Shown piece by piece: positions 24,601-37,529 of a DNA stretch of 64,000 nt (the stretch's first letter is position 1; the number at the start of each line of letters is the position of its first letter). This DNA is from Macrostomum lignano (Eukaryota). Below the pieces are notes generated by a model. That model had not been told where the DNA came from. It searched no databases and saw only the letters and a program-made list of their open reading frames with translations. The DNA lies in the NCBI GenBank assembly GCA_002269645.1, contig NIVC01000436.1:1-64000 (forward strand). The letters run 5' to 3'. The position numbers and the translations under genes were made by a program.

Positions 24601-25050
24601 CATCTGGGCAGTCCGGACGCCCAGATTCAACGGGTCTACGTTGGCAACGTGGCCTGGGCGCACGTGTGCGCAATGCGCTGCCTGCTGGACCCGTCAATGC
24701 GCCAGCAGATTAGCGGTCAGGCCTATCTGGTCACGGACGATACTCCATTGAATTCGAATTTTCAGTTTGTCCGACCGTTTCTACGAGCTCACGGTGTCCG
24801 CCTGCTTGGTGTGTCCGTGCCTCTAGTGCTGGTCTTTGTCTTCTGGTGGCTGCTGGAGCTGCTAGCGATGGCCATTTCGCCTATAGTCCGCGTTCCATTA
24901 GCTTTTACTAAAAACGAATTGTACCTGGCCTGTACCACATGTTATTACGACGCCGGTAAGATTCGATCGCGGCTAAAGTACGCGCCAGTGTACTCGCCAG
25001 AGGATAGCTTTGCTAGAAGCTTGGCTTACTACTCAGCTATGGAGATCTGA
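21686..25050 (+). CDS. 3beta-hydroxysteroid dehydrogenase / NSDHL-family extended SDR, 3 exons
   Basis: Model join(21686..21872,22812..22970,24242..25050), intact frame. Motifs: VLVTGGSGFLG (NAD binding), DCVIHTAA, VNILGTQNVIDAC, IFTST, YATSK (YxxxK), IRPVGIYGEGD, VYVGNVAWAH, GQAYLVTDD, plus a C-terminal hydrophobic anchor. Confidence 0.92.
21895..22710. repeat. 11-bp minisatellite GTCTAACAGGT in 3beta-HSD intron 1, decaying toward its 3' end
   Basis: Starts ~20 bp after the donor at 21873. Confidence 0.93.
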
Positions 25051-25220
25051 TAGAGTTCGGCCTGAACTTTGCAGTACATACATAATCTAAATAGTGGGTA
25101 CCACTGTATCCTGGCTTTGAGGCCTGCTTGACCTGGAAAATGTTTTAATTGAGGTTATAACAATTATTGCGTCGCACTTGATACAGGCCACTGGCTATTC
25201 GCACAAATATGTAGGCCACT

Positions 25221-25508
25221 GAAGTTTAGCTGGCGGGGTAGAAGTGGAGGGAAGAGTTGTACACCACACAGTCCGCTTAGATAATTGGAGTCATAAAAGG
25301 GTGTGAAGTTTAGCTGGTGGGGTAGAAGTGGAGGGGAGAGATGTGTACACCACACAGTCCGCTTAGATAATTGGAGTCATAAAAGGGTGTGAAGTTTAGC
25401 TGGTGGGGTAGAAGTGGAGGGGAGAGATGTGTACACCACACAGTCCGCTTAGATAATTGGAGTCATAAAAGGGTGTGAAGTTTAGCTGGTGGGGTAGAAG
25501 TGGAGGAA
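25221..25508. repeat. ~86-bp tandem repeat, ~3.4 copies
   Basis: GAAGTTTAGCTGG recurs at 25221, 25305, 25391 and 25477. Confidence 0.92.
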
Positions 25509-26414
25509 AAAGAATTGACTTGAACGTACTTATATCCCAATCGCAGATTTGATGTCGTGTTATAGCTTAATTTTAATCTTGCTTTTTGACTGCATCGCTC
25601 CTTACTGTTCTTTTTGAGAGCTAGAAATAATTATCTACCTGTTGCCTTTTGTTCTGTTTTGTTTGTTATTGACCAATTTACTTTTAAATCAATTAAATAT
25701 AAAATATCTTCCGGAGTGAGTTCAAAAAGTCAGATTTATACCCTTTTGATTGTTATTTGATAACAATCGATTGTTATTTGATAACAATGATTTTGATCGC
25801 CATCGAAACTTTATCCGAAATTACAATCCAAAACGTTGAAATAATACGGATGAAAACTAATATTCGCAGTTCTCTACTTATAGTAGGATTAAAGATATTT
25901 TATTGTAAAAATTACTATAGCGATTTTGAAAGTCAGTTTTTTGTTTTATAGCGACAAAAATTTCTTTTTTATAACTTTGGTTTGACAATAAGACAACTTT
26001 ATAGAGAATTATTTTCAATTTCACCCCCTAAAATATCGGAATATCGGAAATATAAAAATTGTTTGAAATTAAAGGAAAGAGGCCAGGGAGTTTGTACTTT
26101 TAGTTAGTGTTGGTAATGAGCGCTCGAGTGCCTATGTAAAGTCGTGTGTGAGCCTGGGCTTATAGAGAGAGGAACGCTTCAACTGGAATACGTACAAGCC
26201 TGCATGAGCAGTTGTTGAGTCCATAACTGCCAGTCTGCATGCACGGGTGTTGTCCTTTCTACCAGCATGCAACTAAAACAAATGCCTCGCATCCGTGTAT
26301 GATAATGCGAGGCTCCAGAAACTGAAGTGCAGATGGTAAAATAATACAAATTTTTAGCTAATGTTTTATTTATTTATTCTCATATTTCTTGGCTGCAATA
26401 TGTACCTACCTGCT

Positions 26415-27325
26415 ATAGTGTGGTAGGGTTACGGGTAGTGTGGTAGGGTTACTAGGTAGTGTGGTAGGGTTACTGGGTAGTGTGGTAGGGTTACTGGGTA
26501 GTGTGGTAGGGTTACTTTAGTGTGGTAGGGTTACTGGATAGTGTGGTAGGGTTATTGGGTAGTGTGGTAGGGTTACTGGATAGGGTGGTAGGGTTACTTT
26601 AGTGTGGTAGGGTTACTGGGTAGTGTGGTAGGGTTACTGGGTAGTGTGGTAGGGTTACTTTAGTGTGGTAGGGTTACTGGATAGTGTGGTAGGGTTATTG
26701 GGTAGTGTGGTAGGGTTACTGGATAGGGTGGTAGGGTTACTTTAGTGTGGTAGGGTTACTGGGTAGTGTGGTAGGGTTACTTTAGTGTGGTAGGGTTACT
26801 GGATAGTGTGGTAGGGTTATTGGGTAGTGTGGTAGGGTTACTGGATAGGGTGGTAGGGTTACTTTAGTGTGGTAGGGTTACTGGGTAGTGTGGTAGGGTT
26901 ATCGGTTAGTGTGGTAGGGTTACTTTAGTGTGGTAGGGTTACTGGATAGGGTGGTAGGGTTACTGGGTAGTGTGGTAGGTTTGCTGGGTATGTGGTAGGG
27001 TTACTGGATAGTGTGGTAAGGTTACTGGGTAGTGTGGTAGGTTTGCTGGGTATGTGGTAGGGTTACTGGATAGTGTGGTAGGGTTACTGGGTAGTGTGGT
27101 AGGGCTACTGGGTTAGTGTGGTAGGGTTACTGGGTAGTGTGGTAGGGTTACTGGGTAGTGTGGTAGGGCTACTGGGTTAGTGTGGTAGGGTTACTGGGTA
27201 GTGTGGTAGGGTTACTTTAGTGTGGTAGGGTTACTTTAGTGTGGTAGGGTTACTTTAGTGTGGTAGGGTTACTTTAGTGTGGTAGGGTTACTTTAGTGTG
27301 GTAGGGTTACTTTAGTGTGGTAGGG
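26415..27325. repeat. 19-21-bp G-rich minisatellite TAGTGTGGTAGGGTTACT(GGG/T)
   Basis: About 45 tandem copies, each containing TAGGGTTA. Confidence 0.96.
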
Positions 27326-27714
27326 TGCTTGTATTGCCTCGCACTGTTAGCAAAACTAGTAAATCTAAGGTTAAGTCTGCTTGCAGGAAGCACCAGTTCT
27401 AATATGACTTTAAGTATTGCTGCTGCACACGTGGAAATTTTATAGCCATGCAATTAGAATAATTAATAATCAGATTCAAATGCAGATAGCCTTTGCAGCA
27501 ATACAAATATATAAAATAATTCAGATTTAAATAGATTTTGGGCTACCAAAATTTTAAAACCGCAGTTGCTTTTCCACAACCTCGTGTGTATTGTGGCTCT
27601 TAAACCTCAGAAAAAATTGCTATACACTAGAACCACTGCCAGAGCGCATGCAACTGTACTCTGCTGAAACTGCTCATTACCTATATCTGGCTCATATCCC
27701 CTATCTTCTCTTCA

Positions 27715-28925
27715 CAATGAGCTACAGAGGAATTGGGGGAATGAGCTACAGGGGAATAAGGGGAATGAGCTACAGGGGAATTGGGGGAATAAGCTACAGG
27801 TGAATAGGGGGAATGAGCTACAGGGGAATTGGGGGAATGAGCTACAGGTGAATTGGGGAATGAGCTACAGGTGAATAGGGGGAATGAGCTACAGGGGAAT
27901 TGGGGGAATGAGCTACAGGTGAATTGGGGAATGAGCTACAGGTGAATAGGGGGAATGAGCTACAGGGGAATTGGGGGAATGAGCTACAGGTGAATTGGGG
28001 GTTTGAGCTACAGGGGAATTGGGGGAATGAGCTACGGGGGAATGAGCTACAGGTGAATTGGGGGAATGAGCTACAGGTGAATTGGGGGTTTGAGCTACAG
28101 GGGAATTGGGGGAATGAGCTACAGGTGAATTGGGGAATGAGCTACAGGTGAATTGGGGGAATGAGCTACAGGTGAATTGGGGGAATGAGCTACAGGTGAA
28201 TTGGGGGTTTGAGCTACGGGGGAATTGGGGGAATGAGCTACAGGGGAATTGGGGGAATGAGCTACAGGTGAATTGGGGAATGAGCTACAGGGGAATTGGG
28301 GGAATGAGCTACAGGTGAATTGGGGAATGAGCTACAGGTGAATTGGGGGAATGAGCTACAGGTGAATTGGGGGAATGAGCTACAGGTGAATTGGGGAATG
28401 AGCTACAGGTGAATTGGGGGAATGAGCTACAGGTGAATTGGGGGAATGAGCTACAGGGGAATTGGGGGAATGAGCTACAGGTGAATTGGGGGTTTGAGCT
28501 ACAGGGGAATTGGGGGAATGAGCAACGGGGGAATGAGCTACAGGTGAATTGGGGGAATGAGCTACAGGTGAATTGGGGGTTTGAGCTACAGGGGAATTGG
28601 GGGAATGAGCTACAGGTGAATTGGGGAATGAGCTACAGGGGAATTGGGGGAATGAGCTACAGGTGAATTGGGGGAATGAGCTACAGGTGAATTGGGGGAA
28701 TGAGCTACAGGTGAATTGGGGGTTTGAGCTACAGGGGAATTGGGGGAATGAGCTACAGGTGAATTGGGGAATGAGCTACAGGGGAATTGGGGGAATGAGC
28801 TACAGGTGAATTGGGGGAATGAGCTACAGGTGAATTGGGGGAATGAGCTACAGGTGAATTGGGGGAATGAGCTACGGGTGAATTAGGGGAGTGAGCTACG
28901 GGGGAATGAGCTAAAGGGGAATTCG
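27715..28925. repeat. ~24-bp G-rich minisatellite GGGGGAATGAGCTACAGGTGAATT
   Basis: About 50 tandem copies. Confidence 0.96.
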
Positions 28926-29297
28926 GGAGAGAATTAACTAATGAGAAAGAATCCGTTTACAGAATCCATGCGCAGGCATTTGTTTTTCATTCACGCTTCA
29001 GTTCATCTCCATATCGCCCGGCAGCTAGATGAAGTTCCTCAGTGTTCTGCAAATGTTAATGATGGAGCAGGAAAATGAATTGCATTCATGCACGCTTGTG
29101 GATAAATCGGTGTTCTGCAACCTGCTTGATTGACAGAATTGAAAGCAGTTGGGAATGCAATCATTAATGAGAATTACGCAGTTTTTTAGCTAATAGTGTA
29201 ACGAATTTCCAATAAGATTCCGATGTCACCCATAATATGCTACGGCATTGGTCAGCAGCATAAGAACGATGTAAATCTTCTTTTGTGATCTTGCCCT

Positions 29298-30965
29298 GGC
29301 TTAAAGACCCAGTGTAATCAAGCTTAAAGACCCAGTGAAATCAGGCTTAAAGACCCAGTGAAATCAGGCTTGAAGACCCAGTGTAATCAAGCTTAAAGAT
29401 CCAGTGAAATCAGGCTTAAAGACCCAGTGAAATCAGGCTTAAAGACCCAGTGAAATCAGGCTTAAAGACCCAGTGAAATCAGGCTTAAAGATCCAGTGAA
29501 ATCAGGCTTAAAGATCCAGTGAAATCAGGCTTAAAGACCCAGTGAAATCAGGCTTAAAGACCCAGTGAAATCAGGCTTAAAGACCCACTGTAATCAGGCT
29601 TAAAGACCCAGTGAAATCAGGCTTAAAGACCCAGTGTAATCATGCTTAAAGACCCAGTATAATCAGGCTTAAAGACCCAGTGAAATCAGGCTTGAAGACC
29701 CATTGTAATCAGGCTTAAAGACCCAGTGAAAACACGCTTAAAGACCCAGTGAAAACACGCTTAAAGACCCAGTGAAAACACGCTTAAAGACCCAGTGAAA
29801 ACACGCTTAAAGACCCAGTGAAATCAGGCTTAATGACCCAGTGTAATCAGGCTTAAAGACCCAGTGAAATCAGGCTTAAAGACCCAGTGAAATCAGGCTT
29901 AAAGACCCAGTGAAATCAGGCTTAAAGACCCAGTGAAATCAGGCTTAAAGATCCAGTGAAATCAGGCTTAAAGATCCAGTGAAATCAAGCTTAAAGACCC
30001 AGTGAAATCAGGCTTAAAGACCCAGTGAAATCAGGCTTAAAGACCCACTGTAATCAGGCTTAAAGACCCAGTGAAATCAGGCTTAAAGACCCAGTGTAAT
30101 CATGCTTAAAGACCCAGTATAATCAGGCTTAAAGACCCAGTGAAATCAGGCTTGAAGACCCATTGTAATCAGGCTTAAAGACCCAGTGAAAACACGCTTA
30201 AAGACCCAGTGAAAACACGCTTAAAGACCCAGTGAAAACACGCTTAAAGACCCAGTGAAAACACGCTTAAAGACCCAGTGAAATCAGGCTTAATGACCCA
30301 GTGTAATCAGGCTTAAAGACCCAGTGAAATCAGGCTTAAAGACCCAGTGTAATCAAGCTTAAAGATCCAGTGAAATCAGGCTTAAAGACCCAGTGAAGTC
30401 AGGCTTAAAGACCCAGTGAAATCAGGCTTGAAGACCCATTGTAATCAGGCTTAAAGACCCAGTGAAAACACGCTTAAAGACCCAGTGAAAACACGCCTAA
30501 AGACCCAGTGAAAACACGCTTAAAGACCCAGTGAAAACACGCTTAAAGACCCAGTGAAATCAGGCTTAATGACCCAGTGTAATCAGGCTTAAAGACCCAG
30601 TGAAATCAGGCTTAAAGACCCAGTGTAATCAAGCTTAAAGATCCAGTGAAATCAGGCTTAAAGACCCAGTGAAGTCAGGCTTAAAGACCCAGTGTAATCA
30701 TGCTTAAAGACCCAGTGAAGTCAGGCTTACAGACACAGTGAAATTACGCTTTATGACTTAGTGAAATTGCGCTTAGAGACCAGTGAAATCACGCCTAATG
30801 ACTTAGTGAAATTGCGCTTAAAGACTCAGTAAGTTGGGGCTTAAAGACTCTGTAAATGGGCGCTTAAAGACCCAGTAAGTTAGCGCTTAAAGATCCAGTG
30901 AATTTGTGCTTATAGACCCAATGAATTTGCGCTTATAGACCCAGTGAAATCACACTTAAAGACCC
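29298..30965. repeat. 23-bp minisatellite GACCCAGTGAAATCAGGCTTAAA with higher-order block duplications
   Basis: About 70 copies. Variant units recur at 460-bp and 276-bp spacing. Confidence 0.97.
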
Positions 30966-31544
30966 AGCAGAAGCCCGTCGATCAGGTCACAGCTCATGCA
31001 TAGATAATAATGGAGGAAATTATGGAAGTATTCTAAGCAGAAATTCTCAGAGTAAAAAATCTGCACGGAGCGCACAAATTACGTATTGTGACAGCTGCTT
31101 TGATGAAGAGCCATGCAGCTTCTCAATTTTCTTCTGGCTAAATAAAACACACCCAAATCCTCTCGATCTGCCATCAGCTCTCTGCAAGGACTCTCGCCCA
31201 GAAAAAGAGAGATTTCCTGATGAGGCTCGCTGCGCCCGAAAAGCTATTTGCGATTCAGGCCCGGTTCCCCGACCTCTTGGGCCGTGTAATTCTAATGAAG
31301 CCCCGCTGCCCCATCAGTCATTGTTTCCTCTTATCTTAATGCTCTCTCAATGTCTCCTGCGCGCGCTCTGAGAGCCCCCCCCGGCTCACCCTTCCTGGGT
31401 CTGAATCTCCCAACTACTCAATCTGTCTTCCCCACATGTGATGGCCAAGTTTCTGGGAGAAATTCGAACCAGAAGGAATTCTGCAATGCGCCGGTTGGAA
31501 ATGCTGCCTAAGTTCATGTATGTCATCTGTTCTCAATGTAGCAC

Positions 31545-31890
31545 TAATCCCTGAGTCTCATCATTCTAATCCCTCAATCTCATCATTCTAGTGCCTCAAT
31601 CTCATCATTCTAGTGCCTCAATCTCATCATTCTAATCTACCAATCTCATCATTCTAATCTCTCTCAATCTTATCATTCTAATCTCTCAATCTCATCATTC
31701 TAATCTACCAATCTCATCATTCTAATCTCTCTCAATCTCATCATTCCAATCTCTCGATCTCATCATTTTAATCTCTCAATCTCATCATGCTAATCTCTCA
31801 GTCTAATCAATCTAATCTCTCAATCTAACCTTTCTAATCTATCAATCTCATCATTCCAATCTCTTCAGTCTAAACAATCTAATCTCTCCT
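31545..31890. repeat. Degenerate ~21-23-bp repeat CAATCTCATCATTCTAATCTCT
   Basis: Diverged tandem copies. Confidence 0.88.
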
Positions 31891-32799
31891 ATTTCCACCA
31901 ATGGCGATCTTTAATCATTTCAGTCACATTGCTATCGCTAGGAGTTCACCTCAGCACTGCATGGACTGCATGAAGTCCTGAATGCCCTGAAGCCATCAGC
32001 TCTGGAGAAAACAGCAGTTTCTGTCGAACAAGAAGGAAAGAAATTGGGATCGGGAGAGGAAAATCCCGAATTCTCGGGCAGTTTTTTATGGTGTCCACAA
32101 GCCTCGACTTCTCGACTTCCTCAGCGTCACCTCTGGCTCCATCATCTGCTCTCAGGAGATTAATAATTTTTCCTTTATTTCTGCCCGACCCCTGCCTCCG
32201 CAGGGCTTCCCTCCGAGAGAGAGAGAGAGAGGCCGAAGATGAAGGTGATTTACAATTCGCGATGCGCAGAACTCCAGACTCCATTTAGTCCTTCATCAGT
32301 CTTGAATGCAGCGGTATCGATTTCTCACGGGTTTTTCCCCCGATTCTACAAGACGATATTAGATTGGATTTTTGTTGTTGTTGGGAATAAAATGCGGTGG
32401 GACATCCTGTAATGTCACCTTGACACTTTCACCATCCCCAACCAGTCGCGAGGCCTCTGGGAAAGGCTGGGGAAGTTCTCCTCATTCAATTCAGCAAATC
32501 CCAACACAAGTCCGCACCCCCATCCGCCGGTCCATATATCCCTATATTTGCAGCTGACTGCTCACTGGATCCCGTCAGTTTGAGCAGCCAGGAACCGTCT
32601 CCTAACAAAACGGTTGATAATTATTTCACATCTCGCCAGTTGTTGACAGTAGCATCGAAATTCTTTCTGTAAGTACCTGGCGTACTTTTATTCATATCAG
32701 CTCTAGAGAGCCATTGAAGCGCTTTTTTATATTTCAAGCTTTGCATCTCAAAAACTTTGAAAAATAAGCGGCAGGGAAATAAAGGAAATGAGCTGCAGG

Positions 32800-33836
32800 G
32801 GAATTAGGGGAACTAGGGGAATTCATGGAACCAGGGGAATATAAGCCCAGGTGAACCAAGAGGATTCAGAGAAACCAGGGGAATTCAGGGGAGCCAGGGG
32901 AATTCAGGGGAGCCAGGGAAATTCAGGGGAAGCAGGGGAATTCAGGGGAGCCAGGGGAATTCAGGGGAAGCAGGGGAATTCAAGGGAAGCAGGGGAATTC
33001 AAGGGAAGCAGGGGAATTCAGGTGAACCAGGAGGATTCAGAGAAACCAGGGGAATTCAGGGGAGACAGGGGAATTCAGAGGAAGCAGGGGAATTCAGGGG
33101 AAGCAGGGGAATTCAGGGGAGCCAGGGAATTCAGGGGAAGCAGGGGAATTCAGGGGAGCCAGGGGAATTCAGGGGAAGCAGGGGAATTCAGGGGAGCCAG
33201 GGGATTCAGGGGAAGCAGGGGAATTCAGGGGAGCCAGGGAAATTCAGGGGAAGCAGGGGAATTCAAGGGAAGCAGGGGAATTCAGGGGAGTCAGGGGAAT
33301 TCAGGGAAAGCAGGGGAATTCAGGGGAGCCAGGGGAATTCAGGGGAAGCAGGGGAATTCAGGCGAGCCAGGGGAATTCAGGGGAGCCAGGGGAATTCAGG
33401 GGAGCCAGGGGAATTCAGGGGAGCAAGGGGAATTCAAGGGCAGCAGGGGAATTCAGGGGAAGCAGGGGAATTCAGGGGAAGCAGGGGAATTCAGGCGAGC
33501 CAGGGGAATTCAGGGAAAGCAGGGGAATTCAGGCGAGACAGGGGAATTCAGGGGAGCCAGGGGAATTCAGGGGAGCCAGGGGAATTCAGGGGAAGCAGGG
33601 GAATTCAGGGGAAGCAGGGGAATTCGGGCGAGCCAGGGGAATTCAGGGGAGCCAGGGGAATTCAGGGGAAGCAGGGAAATTCAGGGGAAGCAGGGGAATT
33701 CAGGGGAGACAGGGGAATTCAGAGGAAGCAGGGGAATTCAGGGGAAGCAGGGAAATTCAGGGGAGCCAGGAGAAAATTCAGGGGAAGCAGGGGAATTCAG
33801 GCGAGCCAGGGGAATTCAGGGGAAGCAGGGGAATTG
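32800..33836. repeat. 19-bp minisatellite GGGGAATTCAGGGGAAGCA, probably in a PAPSS 5' intron
   Basis: About 54 copies between a GTAAGT donor (~32669) and the CTGCAG acceptor (~33870) just upstream of the PAPSS ATG. Confidence 0.95.
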
Positions 33837-33898
33837 CCGCCAAAGCGCTTAGCATCCTCTCCCAACTGCAGCAGACAGCCAGAAGACCGGACACCAGC

Positions 33899-35997
33899 AT
33901 GGCCAGCAACGTGTTTCAGCAGGAGCATTATGTCAGCCGGGACCGCCGAGCCAAAGTCACTGGCGGCGGGGGTTTCCGCGGCTGCACCGTCTGGCTGACG
34001 GGGTTCTCCGGTGCGGGCAAGACCACCATCGCGTTCGGCCTTGAGGAGTATCTGGTGTCAGCCGGGGTGCCGGCCTACTCGCTCGACGGCGACAATATTC
34101 GCACCGGTTTAAACAAAAATCTCGGGTTCTCCCAGGCCGACCGCGAGGAGAACATTCGACGAATTAGCGAGGTGGCGAAGCTTTTCGCTGACGGCGGCAT
34201 CGTCTGCATCACGGCGTTCATCAGCCCGTTCAGGCAGGACCGCGACAAGGCGCGGCGGCTGCACGAGGAGGCCGGTTTGAAATTCTACGAGGTTTGTTAA
34301 AGTAAACTGGTTTCTTGGAAAATTCCAGATTTTTTACGTTTTCTTTACAAGAGAAATATTTAAACAGATTCATGCAAAACTATACGCTAGTACACAGGTT
34401 TCGCGCTAGTTCAAATCTGATTTCTTAGAAAAAATTTCAAAAATATTCTGAGTCAGAGGCTTGGATTTCAGATGATGTTACCTGTTGCAACGACTTCGGA
34501 GACATATCGTCTCCTGGCCATGCAACTGCGCCAATACCTGTACGCAGGCAAGCACTTAAACAAACTCTCCCACAGTGTACAGCGGCCATTTGACTTTCTA
34601 ATAGTCTTTGTTTTACTTTTTCTTATGTGTTTTGATGACAAACTGGGAGCCAATTTTAAATTAAAAAATTCCCTCGCAGATTTTTGTAGACGCGCCGCTG
34701 GAGGTGTGCGAGACTCGCGATGTGAAGGGCCTCTACCGCAAGGCCCGCGAAGGCCTCATCAAGGGCTTTACAGGCATCGACAGCGCCTATGAGCCACCGA
34801 TGCGACCGGACCTCACCGTCCAGACGGCAGCTTGCGGAGTCCGTCAGAGCGTCCTGGCCGTTGTTGACCTTCTGGATCGGGAAGGCCTTCTGCCTGCTGG
34901 GGTGGCCGGCGGGGCTTCCGGGGCAGTTGAGGGAGAAATTTGCGAACTGGTGGCGGCTGATGCCGCTGAACGTCAGGCGATGCTGCAGGAGGCTGAGGGA
35001 CTTCCGAGCCTGAAACTGGACGAGATCGACCTGCAGTGGGCGCAGGTTGGCCTTTTGTAATTTTCTTTAAAAGGCCTCAGTAATCCTCAAGGATCCCAAA
35101 GATTTCCCAAGTATCCAAAAAATTCCTCAAGAATCCTAAAGATTACCCACGAATCCCAAAGATTCTCAAAGTAATCCCAAATATTCCCCAAAACTCCCAA
35201 AGATTCCCTAAGAATCCCAAAGATTCCCTAAGAATCCCAAAGATTCCCTAAGAATCCCAAAGATTCCCTAAGAATCCCAAAGATTCCCTAAGAATCCCAA
35301 AGATTCCCCAAGAATCCCAGAGATTCCCCAAGAATCCCAAAGATCCCCCAAGTAATCCCAAAGATTTCCCAAGTAATCCTAAAGATCCCCCAAGAATCCC
35401 AAAGATCCCCCAAGTAATCCCAAAGATCCCCCAAGTAATCCCAACGATTCCCCAAGTAATCCCAAAGATTCCTCAAGTAATCCCAAAGATCCCCAAGTAA
35501 TCCCAAAGATTGCCAGAGAATCTCAAAGATTGCCAAAGAATCCCAAAGATTGCCAGAGAATCCCAAAGATTGCCAGAGAATCCTCTTCCTCAGGTGCTCT
35601 CCGAAGGCTGGGCGCACCCACTGACCGGCTTCATGACCGAGCGGCAGTACCTGCAGTGCCTGCACTTCGGCGCGGTGCAAGCCCGAGGCAGCACGGGCTG
35701 GCACAGTCAGAGCGTGCCAATCGTCTTGGCTATCAACGACGCAGAACGCGAGGCATGCGTTGGCCAGTCCAGCGTCGCTTTGCGTCGTCAGGTTGGCGAC
35801 GGCAGCGGCGACAGTCAGGTCATTGGGCTGCTCCACTCCGTCGAGGTGTTCGCCCATCAGAAACGCGAGCGCTGCGCTCGAACCTTCGGCACCGTGTCAT
35901 CCGGACACCCGAGCGTTGCTCGAATTCTTGCTAGCGGCGACTGGCTCATTGGCGGAGAGTTGAAACTTCTGGAGCACATTAAGTTAGTTATTTAGTC

Positions 35998-36075
<78 letters not shown>

Positions 36076-37375
36076 CATACTTTATTAGTGCACGATCAAT
36101 TTCAAAGTGCATGCATAGTTTAAAAGTCCACGCATACTTTTAGTGCACGATCGATTTCAAAGTGCATGCATACTTTAAAAGTGCATGCATACTTTAAAAG
36201 TGCACGCATACTTTTAGTGCACGATCAATTTCAAAGTGCATGCATACTTTAAAAGTGCACTTGTACTTTTAGAATTGCATTAGAGAAACTGTAATCAAAC
36301 TGCCCTCATGATTTATTAGTGCTTGAAATTTTTAATCTGTAAATGCATCATAAACAAATCCGCAGGTGGCACGACGGCCTGGATCACTACCGACTGACTC
36401 CGCGCCAGTTACGCGCCCGATTTGCCGAGATGAACGCCGACGCGGTTTTCGCCTTCCAGCTGCGCAACCCGGTGCACAACGGGCACGCCCTGCTGATGGC
36501 CGATACCAGGCGGCGCCTGCTGGAGGAGCGGCGCTACCGCAACCCGGTGCTGCTGCTGCATCCGCTGGGAGGCTGGACAAAACCGGACGATGTGCCGCTG
36601 CCTGTCCGGCTGCGCCAGCATGAGGCTGTGCTGAAGGCTGGCGTGCTGGACCCCGGCAGCACCGTCACCGCGGTGTTTCCGGCACCGATGCTGTACGCTG
36701 GGCCCACAGAGGTACCGGCACGGCAACTGGGGATCTGGGAGGCTGGCCCAGCAACTGAGGATCTGGGAGGCTGGCCCAGCAACTGAGGATCTGGGAGGCT
36801 GGCCCAGTAACTGAGGATCTGGGAGGCTGGCCCAGTAACTGAGAATCTGGGAGGCTGGCCCAGTAACTGAGGATCTGGGAGGCTGGCCCAGCAACTGAGG
36901 ATCTGGGAGGCTGTCCTGCCCACAGCAGAAGTCCCTAAGAAATTCCCAGCAGAACCAGTTGCTACAGGCGAGTCCCAATCGCCTCCCCAACCCGCAGGTG
37001 CAGTGGCACGCCAAGGCTCGGATGAACGCCGGCGCCAATTTCTACATTGTCGGACGCGACCCGGCCGGCCTACCCGACCCGGACAGCCCGGAGAAGTCGG
37101 ACCTGTACAACCCGCAGCACGGGGCCCTGGTGCTGGGCATGACCCCTGGTCTTGACAAACTCGAAATCGTGCCATTCCGAGTGGCCGCCTACAACCGTTC
37201 GATCGGCCGGATGGCATTTTTCGAGCCGTCAAGACGCGACGAGTTCGAATTCATATCGGGCACAAAAATGCGCGCCCTGGCCAGAGACGGCCGAGACCCT
37301 CCGGACGGGTTTATGGCGCCGGACGCCTGGGCGGTGCTGTCCGAATTCTATCGGCAACAACAGCAGCAGAAATGA
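33899..37375 (+). CDS. PAPSS: Bifunctional PAPS synthase (APS kinase + ATP sulfurylase), ~623 aa
   Basis: Model join(33899..34291,34680..35045,35594..35982,36366..36711,36998..37375), intact frame. Motifs: [14 protein letters not shown]-loop, [59 protein letters not shown] and FISGTKMR. Confidence 0.97.
35085..35582. repeat. 20-bp minisatellite AATCCCAAAGATTCCCTAAG (PAPSS intron)
   Basis: Fills intron 35046..35593 up to the polypyrimidine tract. Confidence 0.93.
35983..36280. repeat. (GTTA)n starting at the splice donor, then a palindromic ~19-bp repeat GTGCATGCATACTTTAAAA
   Basis: (GTTA)n spans 35983-36073; the palindrome-rich array spans ~36085-36280. Confidence 0.9.
36724..36912. repeat. 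28-bp minisatellite GAGGATCTGGGAGGCTGGCCCAGCAACT (PAPSS intron); the same family occurs at 62236-62520
   Basis: About 6-7 copies beginning 12 bp after the donor at 36712. Confidence 0.95.
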
Positions 37376-37529
37376 CTCATCAGCCTTCGATTGGAATTCG
37401 GTCACTCACCTATCGATAGTATATTCATTGGGGGGCTCGTAAGTTTGAAAACGAGTATTTTTATTAACTACTTAGTGTAAGTAGTATAACATTGTGTACA
37501 TGTAGCAGTTTGGAAGTTTCATACGTAGG

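Noticed and set aside
32851-33852. 333-aa Gly-rich collagen-like ORF
   Set aside because: It is a translation of the 19-bp minisatellite (3 units = 19 aa). The Gly-X-Y register breaks every period, there is no signal peptide, and it lies in a probable PAPSS 5' intron.
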